Below, piece by piece: positions 39,676-54,556 of a stretch of 64,000 bases of DNA (its first letter is position 1; every line of letters begins with the position of its first letter). The notes under the pieces were generated by a model. It was given only the letters and a program-made list of their open reading frames with translations, ran no database searches and was not told where the DNA came from. Origin of the DNA: Octopus vulgaris (Eukaryota); contig OX597837.1 of the NCBI GenBank assembly GCA_951406725.2, forward strand, positions 7,812,001 through 7,876,000. Reading direction: 5' to 3'. A program made the translations under genes and the position numbers.

Positions 39676-39924
39676 ATATATATATATATATATATGGATA
39701 TAACTATGTATATGTATATATATATATGTACAGAGTGTTAGGCGTGGTGTACAGAAACTGAATATTGAGAAAAAAAGTCACCAGAATTTTGGAAAAAAAA
39801 AATTTTTATTTCTTCATTATTATTAGCACTTTTGTTTTTCACAAGAGTATAACTGATATTTTATCAACTCCGAATGGATGGCCGCAGTCAAATGACTGAA
39901 ACAGATAAAAGGATGAAAGAATTA

Positions 39925-40273
39925 AAAAAAGTCATCTTAGTGCATGGCACTTGTAGAAGAAGGAAACCCAGGAAGACATGGGACGAAGTATTAAAAGTTG
40001 ATCTTAAGATACTGAGCCTCATGAAGGACATGACAAAGGACCAAAATATTTGGTACGTTGCTCTACTCAAGAAGACCCATCCACCACAGCAAAATAGTGG
40101 AGTTGGGCCCACATTAAAAGCACCAAGTACGCTCTGTGAAATACTTGGCATCAGGAATGATATACAGCCACAGAAACCACACCAGAAGAAATAGTAGAGC
40201 CTGGTACAGCTCTGGTCAAACCTTTCGACCCATGCTAGCATGGAAAACGGACATTAAATGACGATGATGATGA
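39925..40273 (+). mobile_element. RTE LINE ORF C-terminus plus 3'UTR
   Basis: VHGTCRRRKPRKTWDEVLKVDLKILSLMKDMTKDQNIW (RTE G.R.RGRP.K.W motif), then ccatgctagcatgg...gatgatgat. Confidence 0.8.
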
Positions 40274-41239
40274 TCCTATCAGCTATTGGCCATGCTTCCT
40301 TGTTTCAGACTCCTGATTCTGATTTGAGACTTAGCTGCTATTTCTAGTATACTGAACAAACATTAGAGGCTTCACCATTGGCAGGTGTGTAATGGTGAGA
40401 AGATGATACAGTTAGTTGATGATGATGATGATAATGATGATGAGGATGATACAGCTTAAAGTGGTGTGTGTGTGGGGGTGGGTAGCAGCTGTCTCTTTTT
40501 TTTCATTTTTATTTATATTTCTGTGTGTGTGTTTAAATTTTTTTTTCTGCATGTTTGTACATGCTGTTTCATGAAATCGGAGGAAGAACAGAATAGATGG
40601 GTGGGTGGGTAGGTGGGTGGCGTGAAGTTTGGTTGGAATTTGGTGCTAGTTATTTAAAACCTTTTTTTTTTTCCGCCGTTTTATTATTAGTATTATTTTT
40701 AATTTTATTTTTACGGATTCTTTAAGCCAAATGCATGGTTTCATGTGAAACGAAGTTCTTAATGTAATATTTCTTTTTATTTATAAAATAAAACGAGGGA
40801 AAAAAATACACACACACACACACAAAAAAAAAAAAAATAAATATATAAATTAAATAAAAAGTTATTTAAATGTGTTTGGATTAAATTGGTTTGAAAAAAA
40901 TACCAAAAAAAAAAAATTAACTAAAATAAAATATTGTAATAAAAAAAACACCAGAAAATAATACCAAAAAAAAATTTACGAAACCTGAACAAACCCAGTT
41001 CCCTGCTGCCGCCATCATCACTACCACCATTCCCTCGAAATAACATCATTCTTCCCCCACCCCCTACAAACAAACAAACAAAAAATATGTACAAAAAAAA
41101 TAGAAATAGATAAAAAAGAAAAACTACCGAAGAAACTCAAGAAGACAAGCAAGAAACCAAGGAATCGGTAACTTCATTCTTTGATTGGTCTCAATTTTCA
41201 AAAATTTTACTCCACAGATTCTTAAATATGTATTTCGCT

Positions 41240-42280
<1,041 letters not shown>

Positions 42281-42982
42281 AGGGTTTAGCTTTCAATTAC
42301 CCTCCCTCGGGAGTTGTCATTGCTTAACACCCTTCACCATTCTTACCAGCGCTCCCACCGCCACCACCACCAACACCACCACCACCTTCTTCCCCCAACC
42401 CCATCCTGGTCCTGAAATTAAAAATGCCAGATGCATATGAATTAATGGTGAGGAGCCGAGTGGTGGTAGGGACATGGAGATGGAGAGAGAGAGAGAGCTA
42501 TAAATGGTGGTGGTAGTGGTGGTGGTGGTGGTATGATTGGTAAGGATGGCACTGGTGATAATGGTAGAGAATGGTGATGCTGAATGCGTCGGTGGTGGTG
42601 GTGCTGCTGCTGCAGTGGATAAAGCTAACAAGGAATTCTGGAATTTTATTTCCAAAACATCGGAAAAATATCCCTCACCTCACCTGTCCGATCCACCACG
42701 AAACACTGCTGTTAATCCAAGACAATAAGGGAGCCTCTAAGTCTTAGTTGCCCAACTTGTTAAGAAAGAGCAGCCAGGACTCCCTCAAATTGTACAGCAC
42801 TGACTTACAAACAAACATGTTGCATAACACAAAATTGGGTTCCAAACACATTAGACATAGATATGAAGGCCATGGCTGGAGTGGTTTTTGATCAAAGATT
42901 TGTTAGGCAAGAGGTCGGCTGAGGTTAAATAACAACAGATATGAATATATAATTATAGATAATAATAATAATTATTATTATT

Positions 42983-43470
42983 GTGGAGGCGCAATGGTCC
43001 AGTGGTTAGGGCAGCGGACTCGCGGTCACAGTATCGCAGTTTCGATTCCCAGACCGGGCATTGTGAGTGTTTATTGAGTGAAAACAACCAAAGCTCCACG
43101 AGGGATGGTGGCGAACCCTGCTGTCACAACTTTCTCTCACTCTTTCTTCCTGTTTCCATTGTTCCTGTATTTCAAAGGGCCAGCCTTGTCACACTGTGTC
43201 ACGCTGAATCTCCCCGAGAACTATGTTAAGCATACACGTGTCTGTGGAGTGCTCAGCCATTTGCACGTTAATAAATGAGCTGCGACGTCACTGGTGCCAA
43301 GCTGTATCGGCCCCTTTGCCTTTCCCTTGGATAACACTGGTGACATGGAGAGGGGAGCCGGTATGCGTGGGCGACTGCTGGTTTTCCATAAACAACCTTG
43401 CCCAGACTTGTGCCTCGGAGGGTAACTTTCTAGGTGCAATCCCATGGTCATTCATGACCGAAAGGGGTCA
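42983..43470 (+). mobile_element. SINE S4 with a long alternative tail
   Basis: tRNA-Arg(TCG)-like head. Tail ends gggtaactttctaggtgcaatcccatggtcattcatgacc. Confidence 0.85.
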
Positions 43471-43510
43471 CACACGCTATTATTATTATAATTTTCATCA
43501 TCATTGAAAA

Positions 43511-43900
43511 GGCGGTGAGGTGGTAGAAATATTAGCAACCCAGGCGAAAAACTTAGTGGTATTTCGGCTGCCGTTATGTTGTGAGTTCAAATTCCGCCGA
43601 GGTCGACTTTGCCTTTCATCCTTTCGGGGTCGATAAATTAAGTACCAGTTACACACTGGGGTCGATGTAATCGACTTAATACCTATGTCTGTCCATGTTT
43701 GTCCCCTCTATGTTTAGTCCCTTGTGGGTAATAAAGAAATAGGTATTTCATCTGCAGCTACATTTTGAATTCAAATTTCGCCAAGGTTGTCTTTGCTTTT
43801 CATCCTTTCAGGGTCGATAAATTAAGTACCAGTTACGCACCAGGGGGGTTGATGTAATCCCCTCCCCACCAAAATTTCTGCCCTTGTGGCAAAATTTGAA
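43511..43900 (+). mobile_element. Dimeric SINE S1
   Basis: The second unit restarts at the aaagaaatag|gtatttc junction (about 43742). Confidence 0.85.
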
Positions 43901-43924
43901 ACCGTTATTATTACTACGATTGAC

Positions 43925-44070
43925 GTAGTGTGCAAGAGAGAAGACTGCGCTTGCAGGGCCATGTAAGGTGTATGAATGAAGACAGTTGCATCAAGAGGTG
44001 TTGATCTCTAATTGGACAGGGGACATGTAGAAGGGGTAGACCTAGGAAGATGTGGAACAACGTGGTGAGC
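43925..44070 (+). mobile_element. RTE LINE ORF fragment
   Basis: QERRLRLQGHVRCMNEDSCIKRC*SLIGQGTCRRGRPRKMW, matching the RTE RRLRW.GHV.R...GRP..W motif. Confidence 0.8.
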
Positions 44071-44174
44071 AGCACTGCAGAGTCAAAACAAAAAACTCTG
44101 ACTCCTCTGCTGTTGGCACCTTTGACTCCGACTCCTCTTTATATAATTAAGTGATTGTAGTCTACAGATCTCAA

Positions 44175-44495
44175 AAATCTTTGGGATTTGGATAATTCAC
44201 CTTTGGAAACATCGGTGTTTCATTCAACATCCTTAAACAACCCTTATTCAGGGACCTTTTGAGCAGGATGAGTTACTCGACCTGAAGAAAATTCTGCCTG
44301 GGCCCCACGTGCAAGGTCATGTGCTGTTTATCTTGATATGAGATCACCATGTCGCACACATATGGTTGTGATGCATGAGCCTAGTGTACCCTTATCAGAT
44401 GGGTAGTCATGATGGGTATACTAGGCTTCGTATATTCTACCCCTGTGTCACTTTGATGGCATGCACTGCTCTCTCACTCAATAATAATAATAATA
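44175..44495 (+). mobile_element. LINE 3'UTR (CR1/L2-like, (AAT)n tail), family S5
   Basis: Near-identical to the 3' part of 51437-51978. Ends gcactgctctctcactcaataataat. Clade assignment is tentative. Confidence 0.7.
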
Positions 44496-45449
44496 ATGAT
44501 AATAATAATTTTACTGACAACAGTGGAATTTCAAACAGAGGAAATAATCCCTAAACTGGTTGCTAGAAATAACAGCCAAATGTTCCTCAACTCACACCAT
44601 ACTATCTTAAGAGAAGGGGGAAAAGATTTATTGAATAAAAGAAAAAATTTTAAAAATAGACAAGATGATTGTAGATGGTAAACCTTGCATCATAGATGAA
44701 GCTGTTGGATGAAGCTTGACTTGAGGCTAAATGACAATAACAAGTGTGAGCACATCAAATGATGTAGTCCCAGTTACACTGTGTCAGAAACATATGATGA
44801 GGTGGTGGTCATGGATGGAATATCACGCAAGAACAAAAGCAACTTATGTGATATTTTGTGCACCATTTAACTAAAACTAAGCGTGGCTGAGAAGACGATG
44901 TAAGAGAAAGGAGAAAAAATGTGTGTGTGTGTGAGTGTGTGTGTGTATGTGTGTGTGTGTGTGTGTGTGTATGTGTGTGTGTGTTTGTGTGTGTGTGTGT
45001 TTGTGTAAATACAAATATGAAAAAAAAGTGGTTAATGTAACATAATAATGGTGCGGAGGGAGGGAGGGAAAAGGTGGGAGAAACGGTAATTAATTATTCT
45101 AAACAGAAATCAATAAAAACCGTGGTGTGTGTGGGGTGGGGTGGTGGTGGTGGTGGTGCAGGAAGTGGGGGTGGGCGGGGTTAGCTTGTCTTCAAGACAC
45201 AGTGTTGTGTTTCTTTAGAAAACAGCATTGATCTTTATCTATCGCAAAACAAAAACCAAAAAAACAAAAAAAAACCTCTTTAATACTTTCTAATTATCAG
45301 GCTTAGAATGGCACCATCATCATCATCATCGTCAACATCATCATCATCATCGTCACCATCATCATCATCATCGTCATCAGCATCAGGGCTGCTGCTGCTG
45401 CTGCGACCTTACGCTGTTAATATGACTACTATTAAGGAGAATAATGATC

Positions 45450-45712
45450 TTTTCTACTATAGGCACAAGGCCTAAAATTTGGGGGGAGGGGGAGAAGGGG
45501 AGGATAGTTGATTACACTGACCCCACAGAGTTTAACTGGTACTTAATTCATCAACTTTGAAAGGATGAAAGGCAGAGTCGACTTCGGTGGAATTTGAACT
45601 CAGAACATAAAGACAGACGAAATACTGCTAAGTATTTGCTTGGTGTGCTAACAATTCTGCCAGCTCATTGCTTTACGTAACAATAATAATAATAATAATG
45701 ATGATGATGGTA

Positions 45713-45753
<41 letters not shown>

Positions 45754-46080
45754 GGGTTTCAAATTTTGCCACAAGAGCAGCCCTTTTGGGAGAGGAGATG
45801 TGTCAATTACACTATCCCCAGTGTCCAACTGGTATTTAAATTATCGACCCTGAAAGGGTGAAGGGCAAAGTTGACCTTGGTGGAATTTGAACCCAGAACA
45901 TAGTGATAGGTGAAATCTTATGGGAGGGGTTAAGTCGATTACGTTGACTGCAGTACTCAACTGGTACTTAGTTTATCAACAGCCGATAGGATGAAAGACA
46001 AAGTCAACCACGGCAGTATTTGAACCCAGATAAAATGCTTGTAAGCATTTCACCCAGCATGCTAATGATTCTGCCAGCTT
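45450..46080 (-). mobile_element. Cluster of SINE S1 copies
   Basis: Repeated aaaggatgaaaggcaaagtcgac...ggaatttgaactcagaac motifs. Confidence 0.8.
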
Positions 46081-46087
46081 CCCAGAA

Positions 46088-46541
46088 GAAGAAGATGGTA
46101 TAGGAACACACCAGAAAAGGTCACAGAAAATGAGAAAGCAACCATACTCTGGGATATGCTAATACACAAAGACAGAGAAATTAAGGCTAACAGGCCAGAT
46201 ATAGTTGTCAAAGATCAGGAAGAAAAAAATGCTTTCTAATTGATGTATCAATACTGATAGATGACAACATTTCTCTAAAAGAAATGGAGAAATTTTCAAA
46301 ATACAAAGACCTGGAAATAGAGGTAACTCGAATGTGGAATCTAAAAGCAGAAACAATTCCTATCATAGTAGGTGCATTAGGTATGATAAAAAAATATTCA
46401 GATAAATTCATAACAAAAACTCCAAGACTAACAAGTATATATGACATACAGAAATGGCACTACTAGGCACTGCACACATCCTTATGTAAAACACTTTCAA
46501 TACAGTAAAAGTAAGAGCATCACAACAAACCATAGCACATA
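46088..46541 (+). mobile_element. R4/Dong-clade non-LTR retrotransposon 3' fragment (restriction-like endonuclease domain, frameshifted)
   Basis: WYRNTPEKVTENEKATILWD...IKANRPDIVVKD / CFLIDVSI...EKFSKYKDLEIEVTRMW...IPIIVGALG...ALLGTAHIL, a PD..D...K..KY RLE signature. Confidence 0.9.
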
Positions 46542-46689
46542 CACATAAATTTCATTGGGGTTGACTTTTTACCTTTCATCTATCCGGGGTCAATAAAATA
46601 AGTAGCATTAGAACAGCAGGATCCATGTAATCAACAAGACCCTTCCCCCAAAATTTCAGCCCTTGTACCTATAGTAGAAAGAATTATTA

Positions 46690-47053
46690 TTATTATCTCT
46701 GCCTTAGCGAAAGCAGAGGTATTGTTTTCAGTTGTATTTGTTTGTCCATGGACAAAATATCTCAAGAACCGCTGGATGGATTCAGATGAAATTTTCAGGG
46801 ATGTTTGGCCTCGTGATTGGCACAAACTGATTAAATTTTGGGATCAAACCAGTACTGGACAAGGATTCTAGATTAAAATTTCCGTCTTTCTTTACTTAAT
46901 TTTTCAGAGCAATCAGGTTCATTTTTAGTATTCTCGTTTGTGAGAGCAGTTGAGTTTATTTCAGAAATTCTCATTTTAAAAATCATCTCTGGCTAATCGT
47001 TGAGAGGACATTGGTGTTGCTTTAGCAGAGGTTTGTGCTCTCTGAGTACTCTT
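46690..47053 (+). mobile_element. Helentron-associated non-autonomous element (HINE/DINE-like)
   Basis: 5' subterminal repeat and hairpin ctctgccttagcgaaagcagag, tttgtttgtcc tract, 3' gcagaggtttgtgctctctgagtactc hairpin. Inserted in TTA. Confidence 0.7.
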
Positions 47054-47101
47054 ATTATTATTATTATTATTATTATTATTGTTATTATTTATTATTATTA
47101 A

Positions 47102-47315
47102 GCCACTGAGCCGGCAGAATCCTTAGCATGCTGGGTGAAATGCTTAGCAGTATTTCATCTGCTGTTACATTCTGAGTTCAAATTCCACCGAGGTCGACTT
47201 TGCCTTTCATCCTTTCGGGGTTGATAAAATAAGTACCAGTTGAATGCTGGGGGTCAATGTAATCGACTAGCACTACCCTCGAAAATGTTTCAGGCCTTCT
47301 GCTAATCAACAGAAA
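47102..47315 (+). mobile_element. SINE S1
   Basis: Family consensus motifs. Confidence 0.85.
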
Positions 47316-48471
47316 GGACAAATACTACTACAACTACCACCAATACCACGATCACTACTACTACTATTACCTGAACACCAAGAATCCCAGTCAACATTAC
47401 TGGCTATATCCTCTTTCTTTCTCTCTCTCACTCTCTCTTCGCCTCTCTCTCTCTCTTTTTCTCCTCCTCATCCTTCTTATACATTTCTCAAAGATACAGA
47501 CAATGGACAGTATTGATAAACATCTTGGTGTATGTCTGATTGATGGAATCAAAGAGAGAAAGAGAGAGGAGTAGGTGAGAGAGAAAGATAGATGGCAGTA
47601 GAGAGAAGGCAAGGCTAGAGAGAAAGAGAAAGATAAGGAGAGAAAAGGAGGTGAGAGAGAGAGAAGGGAGGAGAGAGGTAAAGATAGAGAGAAGGCAAAG
47701 ATAGAGTGAGGGAGATGAGAGAGGGAAGAGAGAAAGAGAGAAGGAGATAAAGATATAGAGAAATGGTTAAGGGGGAGAAAAGAGAGACAAAGACAGAGAG
47801 AGGGAGATAAGAGAGGAGGAAGTAAGATGGCAAGAGAGAAGGAGGGGAAAGAGAGAGGTAAAGATAGAGGGAGGAAGGGAGAAGGCAAAGACAGAGAGAG
47901 AGAGAGAGAAAGATAAGGAGAGAAAAGGTAGTGAGAGAGAGAGAGAGGGGGAAGGAGAGAGAGAGAGTAAAGATAGGAAGAGGAGAGAAGGAAAGGCTAA
48001 AGAGGGAGGTAGAGAGAGAAAGACGGAAGGATGTAAAGATATAGAGAAATGGTAAAGGAGGGAGAAAAGAGAGAGAGATAAAGACAGAGAGATAAAGACA
48101 GGATGATAAGGACAGAGAGAGTAAGATGGCAAGAGAGAAAGAGGGAAGGTGAGAGGTAAAGACAGAGGGAGGAATGGAGAAAGCAAAGACAGAGAGACAG
48201 AGAGAGAGAGGGGGTAAAGGTAAAGAGAGGGTGGTAGAGAGAGAGAGGAAGAAATAAGAGCCTGTTTATATTGTATTTGATAATGAGATCCTTGAGCAGG
48301 AAACTCAACTCACCTCAGGGATCATGAATGAATAAAGCAGAAATGATTTTTATTACCACCACCACTACTACCGACTACTGCTGCTACTACTATTACCACT
48401 GCCTGTACTACTAACATTACTACAACCACTGCAACTACCACTACAGCCGGAACCACCATTCTCACTTCAAT

Positions 48472-48509
<38 letters not shown>

Positions 48510-48845
48510 ACACCACTGCTGCTACTACTATTGTCACTACTATTGTGATTATAATTATCAATAATACTTGTATTACAATTAATGCTGCTACAACTACTAC
48601 TACTACTAGTACTTCAACAGCTACCAGATCAGAGGTCTGCTGGAGGTGCTTTGACCCTGGGTTAAATAAAAACAACAACACTATCATTGTCTCAACTAAT
48701 CATGTTCTAGCCAGGTGAAAGAGAGGAAGATATATATATCGTGCAAGAGAGATGTTTGCAGTGTCATTGATATATAAAGAGAGAGAGAAGAGTAGGTGAG
48801 AGGGAAAGATAGAGGGAGGTAGAGAGAAGGCAAGGCTAGAAAGGG

Positions 48846-49546
48846 AGAGGCCATGACAAAAGACCGAGACCTCTGGAGATATGCTGTGACTGCGAAGATC
48901 CGACAAATAACATGAGTCCATGGATGTTTCCTGCACCAGCTTCACATAGAAGCCCCAGCCCATCCAAAGTACCTTGGATTGCAGAACGACCTGCTGTGCT
49001 TACCTTGGATTGTAGGGCGACCTCCTGTGCTCAAGGAGACCTACTGAGTCAAGTACATCAACATCAAGTAAAAATCAAATGGAAATTGTAGTTGGATACC
49101 TGTGCTGGTGGCACCTAAAAGGCACCATCCGAACGTGGCCAATGCCAGTGCTGCCTTGACTGGCTCCTGTGCCAGTGGCACGTAAAAAGCACCAACCGAT
49201 CGTGGCGGTTGCCAGCCTCTCTTGGCCCTTGTGCCGGTGGCACATAAAAAGCACCATCCGAACGTGGCCAATGCCAGTGCTGCCTTGACTGGCTCCTGTG
49301 CCAGTGGCACATAAAAAGCACCAACCGATCATGGCGTTTGCCAGCCTCGCCTGTCACCTGTGCTAGTGGCACATAAAAAGCACCCACTACACTCACGGAG
49401 TGGTTGGCGTTAGGAAGGGCATCCAGCTGTAGAAACACGGCCAGATCAGACTGGAGCCTGGTGCAGCTTCCTGGCGCCCCAGACCCGGTCGAACCGTCCA
49501 ACTCATACCAGCATGGAAAATGTATGTTAAACGATGATGATGATGA
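48846..49546 (+). mobile_element. 5'-truncated RTE LINE: ORF end plus complete 3'UTR with internal tandem repeats
   Basis: AMTKDRDLWRYAVTAKIRQIT*, then a UTR with about 59-bp and 118-bp repeats and a (GAT)n tail. Confidence 0.85.
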
Positions 49547-49766
49547 CATATACAAGTGTATAAAATATATATCTATGTGTGTGTGATTGTATATGTATAT
49601 GTGTTGTGTATGCATGCATATGTGATGCATATATGAAAATATGCATTTAATAAATGCATGTATATAATGCATGTCTGTGTGTTTGTATGCGAGTTTATAT
49701 TTAATGTATATGCTATATAGCTGTGTTCGTGTCTGTATGTAGTAAATGTGTGTATACATAAGAAAA

Positions 49767-49803
<37 letters not shown>

Positions 49804-49901
49804 TTATTTGAGGGAATAAAATCCAAACTTACAATGAAAAAGAATTCAATTTAGAAATACTAAATCAAATTTCCACACGCAATATAATAAATATATATAA
49901 C

Positions 49902-50600
49902 ATATTAGAAAAAAACCCCACCTTTTATCAATTCAAAATGAATAATTAAATTACACCATCTAGAAAATTACATATAATAGAAAAGTTAAAATTCAAATAA
50001 CAATTAAAAGTAAAGATTAAGTAAATTACAAGAATAATATAATGTATATAATATGTAGATATTATATACACTCTTTTACTTGTTTCAGTCATTTGACTGT
50101 GGCCAAGCTGGAGCACTGCCTTTAATCGAGCAACTCGACCCCGAGGCTTATTCTTTTCTAAGCCCAGTACTTATTTTATCGGTCTCTTTTGCCGAACTGC
50201 TAAGTAATGGGGACATAAACACACCAGCATCGGTTGTCAAGCAATGCTAGGGGGACAAATACAGACACACAAACACACACACGCATATATATATATATAC
50301 AACGGGCTTCTTTCAGTTTCCATCTACCAAATCCACTCAAAAGGCTTTGGTCGGCCCGAGGCTATAGTAGAAGACACTTGCCCAAGGTGCCACGCAGTGG
50401 GACTGAACCTGGAACCATGTGGTTGGTAAACAAGCTACTTACTAGTAATTACTATAAATTACTAGTACTTACTAGTAATTTACTTAATCTTCACTTTTTA
50501 TTGTTATTTTAATTTTGACTTTTCTATTATATGTAATTTTCTAGATGGTGTAATTTAATTATTCATTTTGAATTGATAAAAGGTGGTTTTCTTCTAATAT
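49902..50600. repeat. About 127-bp AT-rich inverted repeat pair enclosing a SINE
   Basis: 49902-50029 versus 50475-50600. Confidence 0.85.
50071..50442 (-). mobile_element. SINE S2
   Basis: Family consensus motifs. Confidence 0.9.
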
Positions 50601-51154
50601 TTTACATATATATACGGTTCTAAAATCTAAAATCTCTCAATAAAAAAATGTTACCGTATATATGTATGTTAGTAATATATGTATGTGTAAGAGGCCTCTA
50701 CAGTCATTTACCTCACGCCACAAACTCTTCTCCGAGGACAGAAGACCGACATCAAATCTGGTGGTACATAACAGCTTACAATGCACATATATATACACAC
50801 CTGCACATATATACGCATGCATGCTACGATATAGACACAACACATTAAGAGAGAGAAGCCACAGAAAATGGTGGAGATTACTACTTAAAATTGGCTTATT
50901 TTATTAAGTATTAATTAGAGAGCTCGATAATAATAATAATAATAATAATAATAGACTAAAAAAGAAAAAAAAAACAAAAGAAACTTATTGTCTATAGACT
51001 TGTTAATCATAGCACAATGTGTAACATAATAATAATAACAATAATACTAATTATACTAATAATGATAAGAAGAATGATAATAATAATAATAATATTAATA
51101 ATAATAATAATGATGATAATAATAATAATAATGATGATGATGATGATAATGATG

Positions 51155-51200
<46 letters not shown>

Positions 51201-51201
51201 C

Positions 51202-51386
51202 AAGAGCACTCAGAGAGTGCAAACCTCTGTCAAGGCAACACCAACGTCCTCTCAATGATTAGCCAGAGATGATTTTTAAAATGATAATATCTGAAATAAA
51301 CTCCAATAACAATAGACTAAAAAAGAAAAAAAAAAACAAATTAAACTTATTGGCTATAGACTTGTTAATCATAGAACAATATGTGG

Positions 51387-51436
<50 letters not shown>

Positions 51437-52104
51437 AGGCAGTGGCTCTCATGGCTTCTGATCTTAACTGATTGGAAGTGTTATCATGTACATTGTTTTG
51501 TCTTGGTATAAAAGATGGGCTACAGCAAATATTCTGCTCAATACCACAGATTTGCTTGTCAGTTGTTTGACCTTAACCAGTGGAGCATGTCCCTTGGTGG
51601 CTGACGATATGTGTATCTCTGATCATGAGCAGAAGTAGTGGGGGAGCATCATAGCCATGTGTTGAGAGGGATTCTTTGGGGGTTTGAATAATTCACCTCT
51701 GGAAACATGGGTGGTTCTTTCAACATCCTTAAACAACCCTTTTTGAGTGGGATGGGCTACTCGACCACAAGAAATTTCTAACTGGGCCCCACCTGCAAGG
51801 TCATGCACTGTTTATGTTGATATGAGATCACCATGTCGTGCACATATGGTTGTGATGCATGTGCCTGGTGTACCCTTATCAGACGGGTAGTCATGATGGG
51901 TATACTGGGCTTCGTATATTTTACCCCAGTGTCACTTTGATGGCATGCACTGCTCTCTCACTCAATAATAATAATAATGTTCTCATTTTAAAACTCGACT
52001 GCTCTCACAAACGAAAATACTAAAAATGAACTGGACCACTCTCAAGAATTAAGTCAGAAAACAAAAAAAAAAAACGGAAAAATAATCCAGAATTCTTCTC
52101 CAGG
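51202..52104 (-). mobile_element. Second HINE-like copy, split into 51202-51303 and 51991-52104
   Basis: Both parts are reverse complements of adjoining parts of 46850-47053. Confidence 0.7.
51437..51978 (+). mobile_element. LINE 3'UTR family S5
   Basis: Shares its 3' part with 44175-44495. (AAT)n tail. Inserted in (AAT)n. Confidence 0.75.
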
Positions 52105-52535
52105 TCATGATTGGTCCCAATGGTAGTCATGAAATGTGAAGATGGCATCAGGAAGGGCATCCAACTGTAGAAAACCATGCCAAATCAGACTGGAGTCTGA
52201 TGCAGCCTTCCAGCATGCCAGCCCAGTCGAGCCTTCCAGACCATGAGCAACAGACATTAAATGATGATGATGATGATGACACAGACAAAGTCAACCTCGG
52301 CGGAATTTGAACTCAGAATGTGAAGAAATATGTAATGATGCTAAACCTATCAGCCGGTGCACTAATAGTTCCACCAAGTTGCCGCCTTACTGCATTCAAT
52401 AATAATACTGGTGTGAAAGAGGTCTATCGGTAAAAAATTGTTGAGAACCACTGGACAAGTCTAAGAATACATTTGTACTTCGATTTTTGTATTAAGATTT
52501 GTTTGTACTTAATGTAAGACAAAAATCACACACAT

Positions 52536-52573
<38 letters not shown>

Positions 52574-53607
52574 ATGTTTATTATATATACACTCACAAAG
52601 ATATATATCTTAAACTCATATATTAACAGACATACATACATATATATATCACATATATATGTATGTCTGTTAATATATATATATATATATATATCACATA
52701 CCCATATATATCTCGCACACAGGCACGTACACACACACACATATTCCACACACATACACACATACATCATACAAATAGGCATATATGTCATGTGAACACA
52801 TGTACACACAGACATATCACACATACACACATATACGTACAAGCACATATATTTATATCATCATGTTATATGATAATGGTGATATACATGCACATATACG
52901 TGTTACATATATACACATACATACATATGCACATATACATATAAACAAATATGATGCATATATTCACACATATATACACATGCCTCAAAAATATACACTC
53001 CTATACACAGGAATATAATCACATACATACACACATAAACACATGTAGATACATACAAATATATACACACATACATATCAATTTATATATATATACACAC
53101 ACACAATTACATATATATTTATATGCGCGAACAAACACATAAAAATACACACAAATACATACATATACATTCAAATATAGCCACACACACATTCATGTAT
53201 ATATACACTCACACACACACATGTACATATATGCACACACTCACATATACACATACATACACACACACACACACACATTTTACGGGTGGGTAACCTTGCC
53301 CTTCTATTAATTTTTTTTTTTTCCTCCTCTTAAATTTCTTTGGAATTCTATCTTTGGAACATCAGAGATTACTATTCTACCAAAAATATTCCTCAAAATA
53401 ACTTCTTTCCATTTTTCAACCCACCCCCACCCCAGCACCTTCTCCCCCACCCCACCCCACCCCACCCCACCCCGTTTCTATTTCTGAGTGAGTACACAAC
53501 CTGCCGTAAATATCTCGGTTTTTCACTCGTTTTTATCAAATTTTATTCTTTGTAAATTCCGTTCATTAGATTACGAATCTGGAAAATAAAAAGATCTGTC
53601 GGAAAAA

Positions 53608-54090
53608 GCGCAGGCGTGGCTGTGCGGTAAGAAGCTTGCTTTCCAACCACATGGTGCCAGGTTCAGTCCCAATGCATGGCACCATAGGTTAAATTTCTTT
53701 TACTGCAGCCTCAAAGAAAGTGAGTGGATTTGGCAGAAGGAAACTGAAAGAAGCCTAGCATATATTTACTTGTGTGTGCAAGTGTGTCATCATCATCATC
53801 ATCATCATTTAACGTCCATTGTCCATGCTGGCATGGGGTGGATGGTTAGACTGGGCTGGCACACTGGAAGGCTGCACCAGACTCCAGTCTGATTCGGCAT
53901 GGTTTTCTACGGCTGGAGGCCCTTCCTAACGCCAACCACTCAGAGTGTAATGGGTGCTTTTACATGCCATCGGCATGGGTGTCAGTTGGCATGACAACAA
54001 TATCTACCATGACTGCGATTTTGCTCGGCTTAATGGGTCTTCTTCTCAACCACAACATAATGCCAAAGATCTCGGTCATTGCTTCCATAT
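53608..54090. mobile_element. SINE S2 5' part (+) followed by an RTE 3'UTR (-)
   Basis: gcgcaggcgtggctgtgcggtaag..., then (cat)n ttaacgtcc...cccttcctaacgccaacc. Confidence 0.75.
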
Positions 54091-54556
54091 GAAACAGCTT
54101 ACTTTGGAAACCAGATATATGCACCAGAATGACTTTTGAGCAATTGAGGAAACAACAACTCGAATATGTCTGATTGTGTTCGGAAGACCAAGATTCACCT
54201 CCTGACTGTATGGCATCTGTCTCAGTCGGACTGAGAAAAAAATTCCACGGGCGTTAAGTCAGCAGCTTGCAGATTGTGTTTTAATGGCTATCATGAAATC
54301 GACCAATTATGCACTTGAACCGGTTTTGAAAGTAAGCTCCTCACATATACATACATAAATACACACATACATACAGTATGTATGTGACCTGTACAAGTTT
54401 TTTTTAATAAATCTTGCCTTGTTTGCGAAAATTTCCAAAACTTTTTGCCTGTATTTGGTACAAAAGAGCCCAAAGATCATGCAGTCATGCGTTTTATTGA
54501 AATCGTGCTAAAAACACAACCTCCACACCCCCAAATCGATTGAAGAGAACCTTTAC

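Noticed and set aside
42983-43060. Functional tRNA genes at SINE heads (also 14002, 37054, 37519)
   Set aside because: Acceptor stems are incomplete and each head runs into a repeat body.
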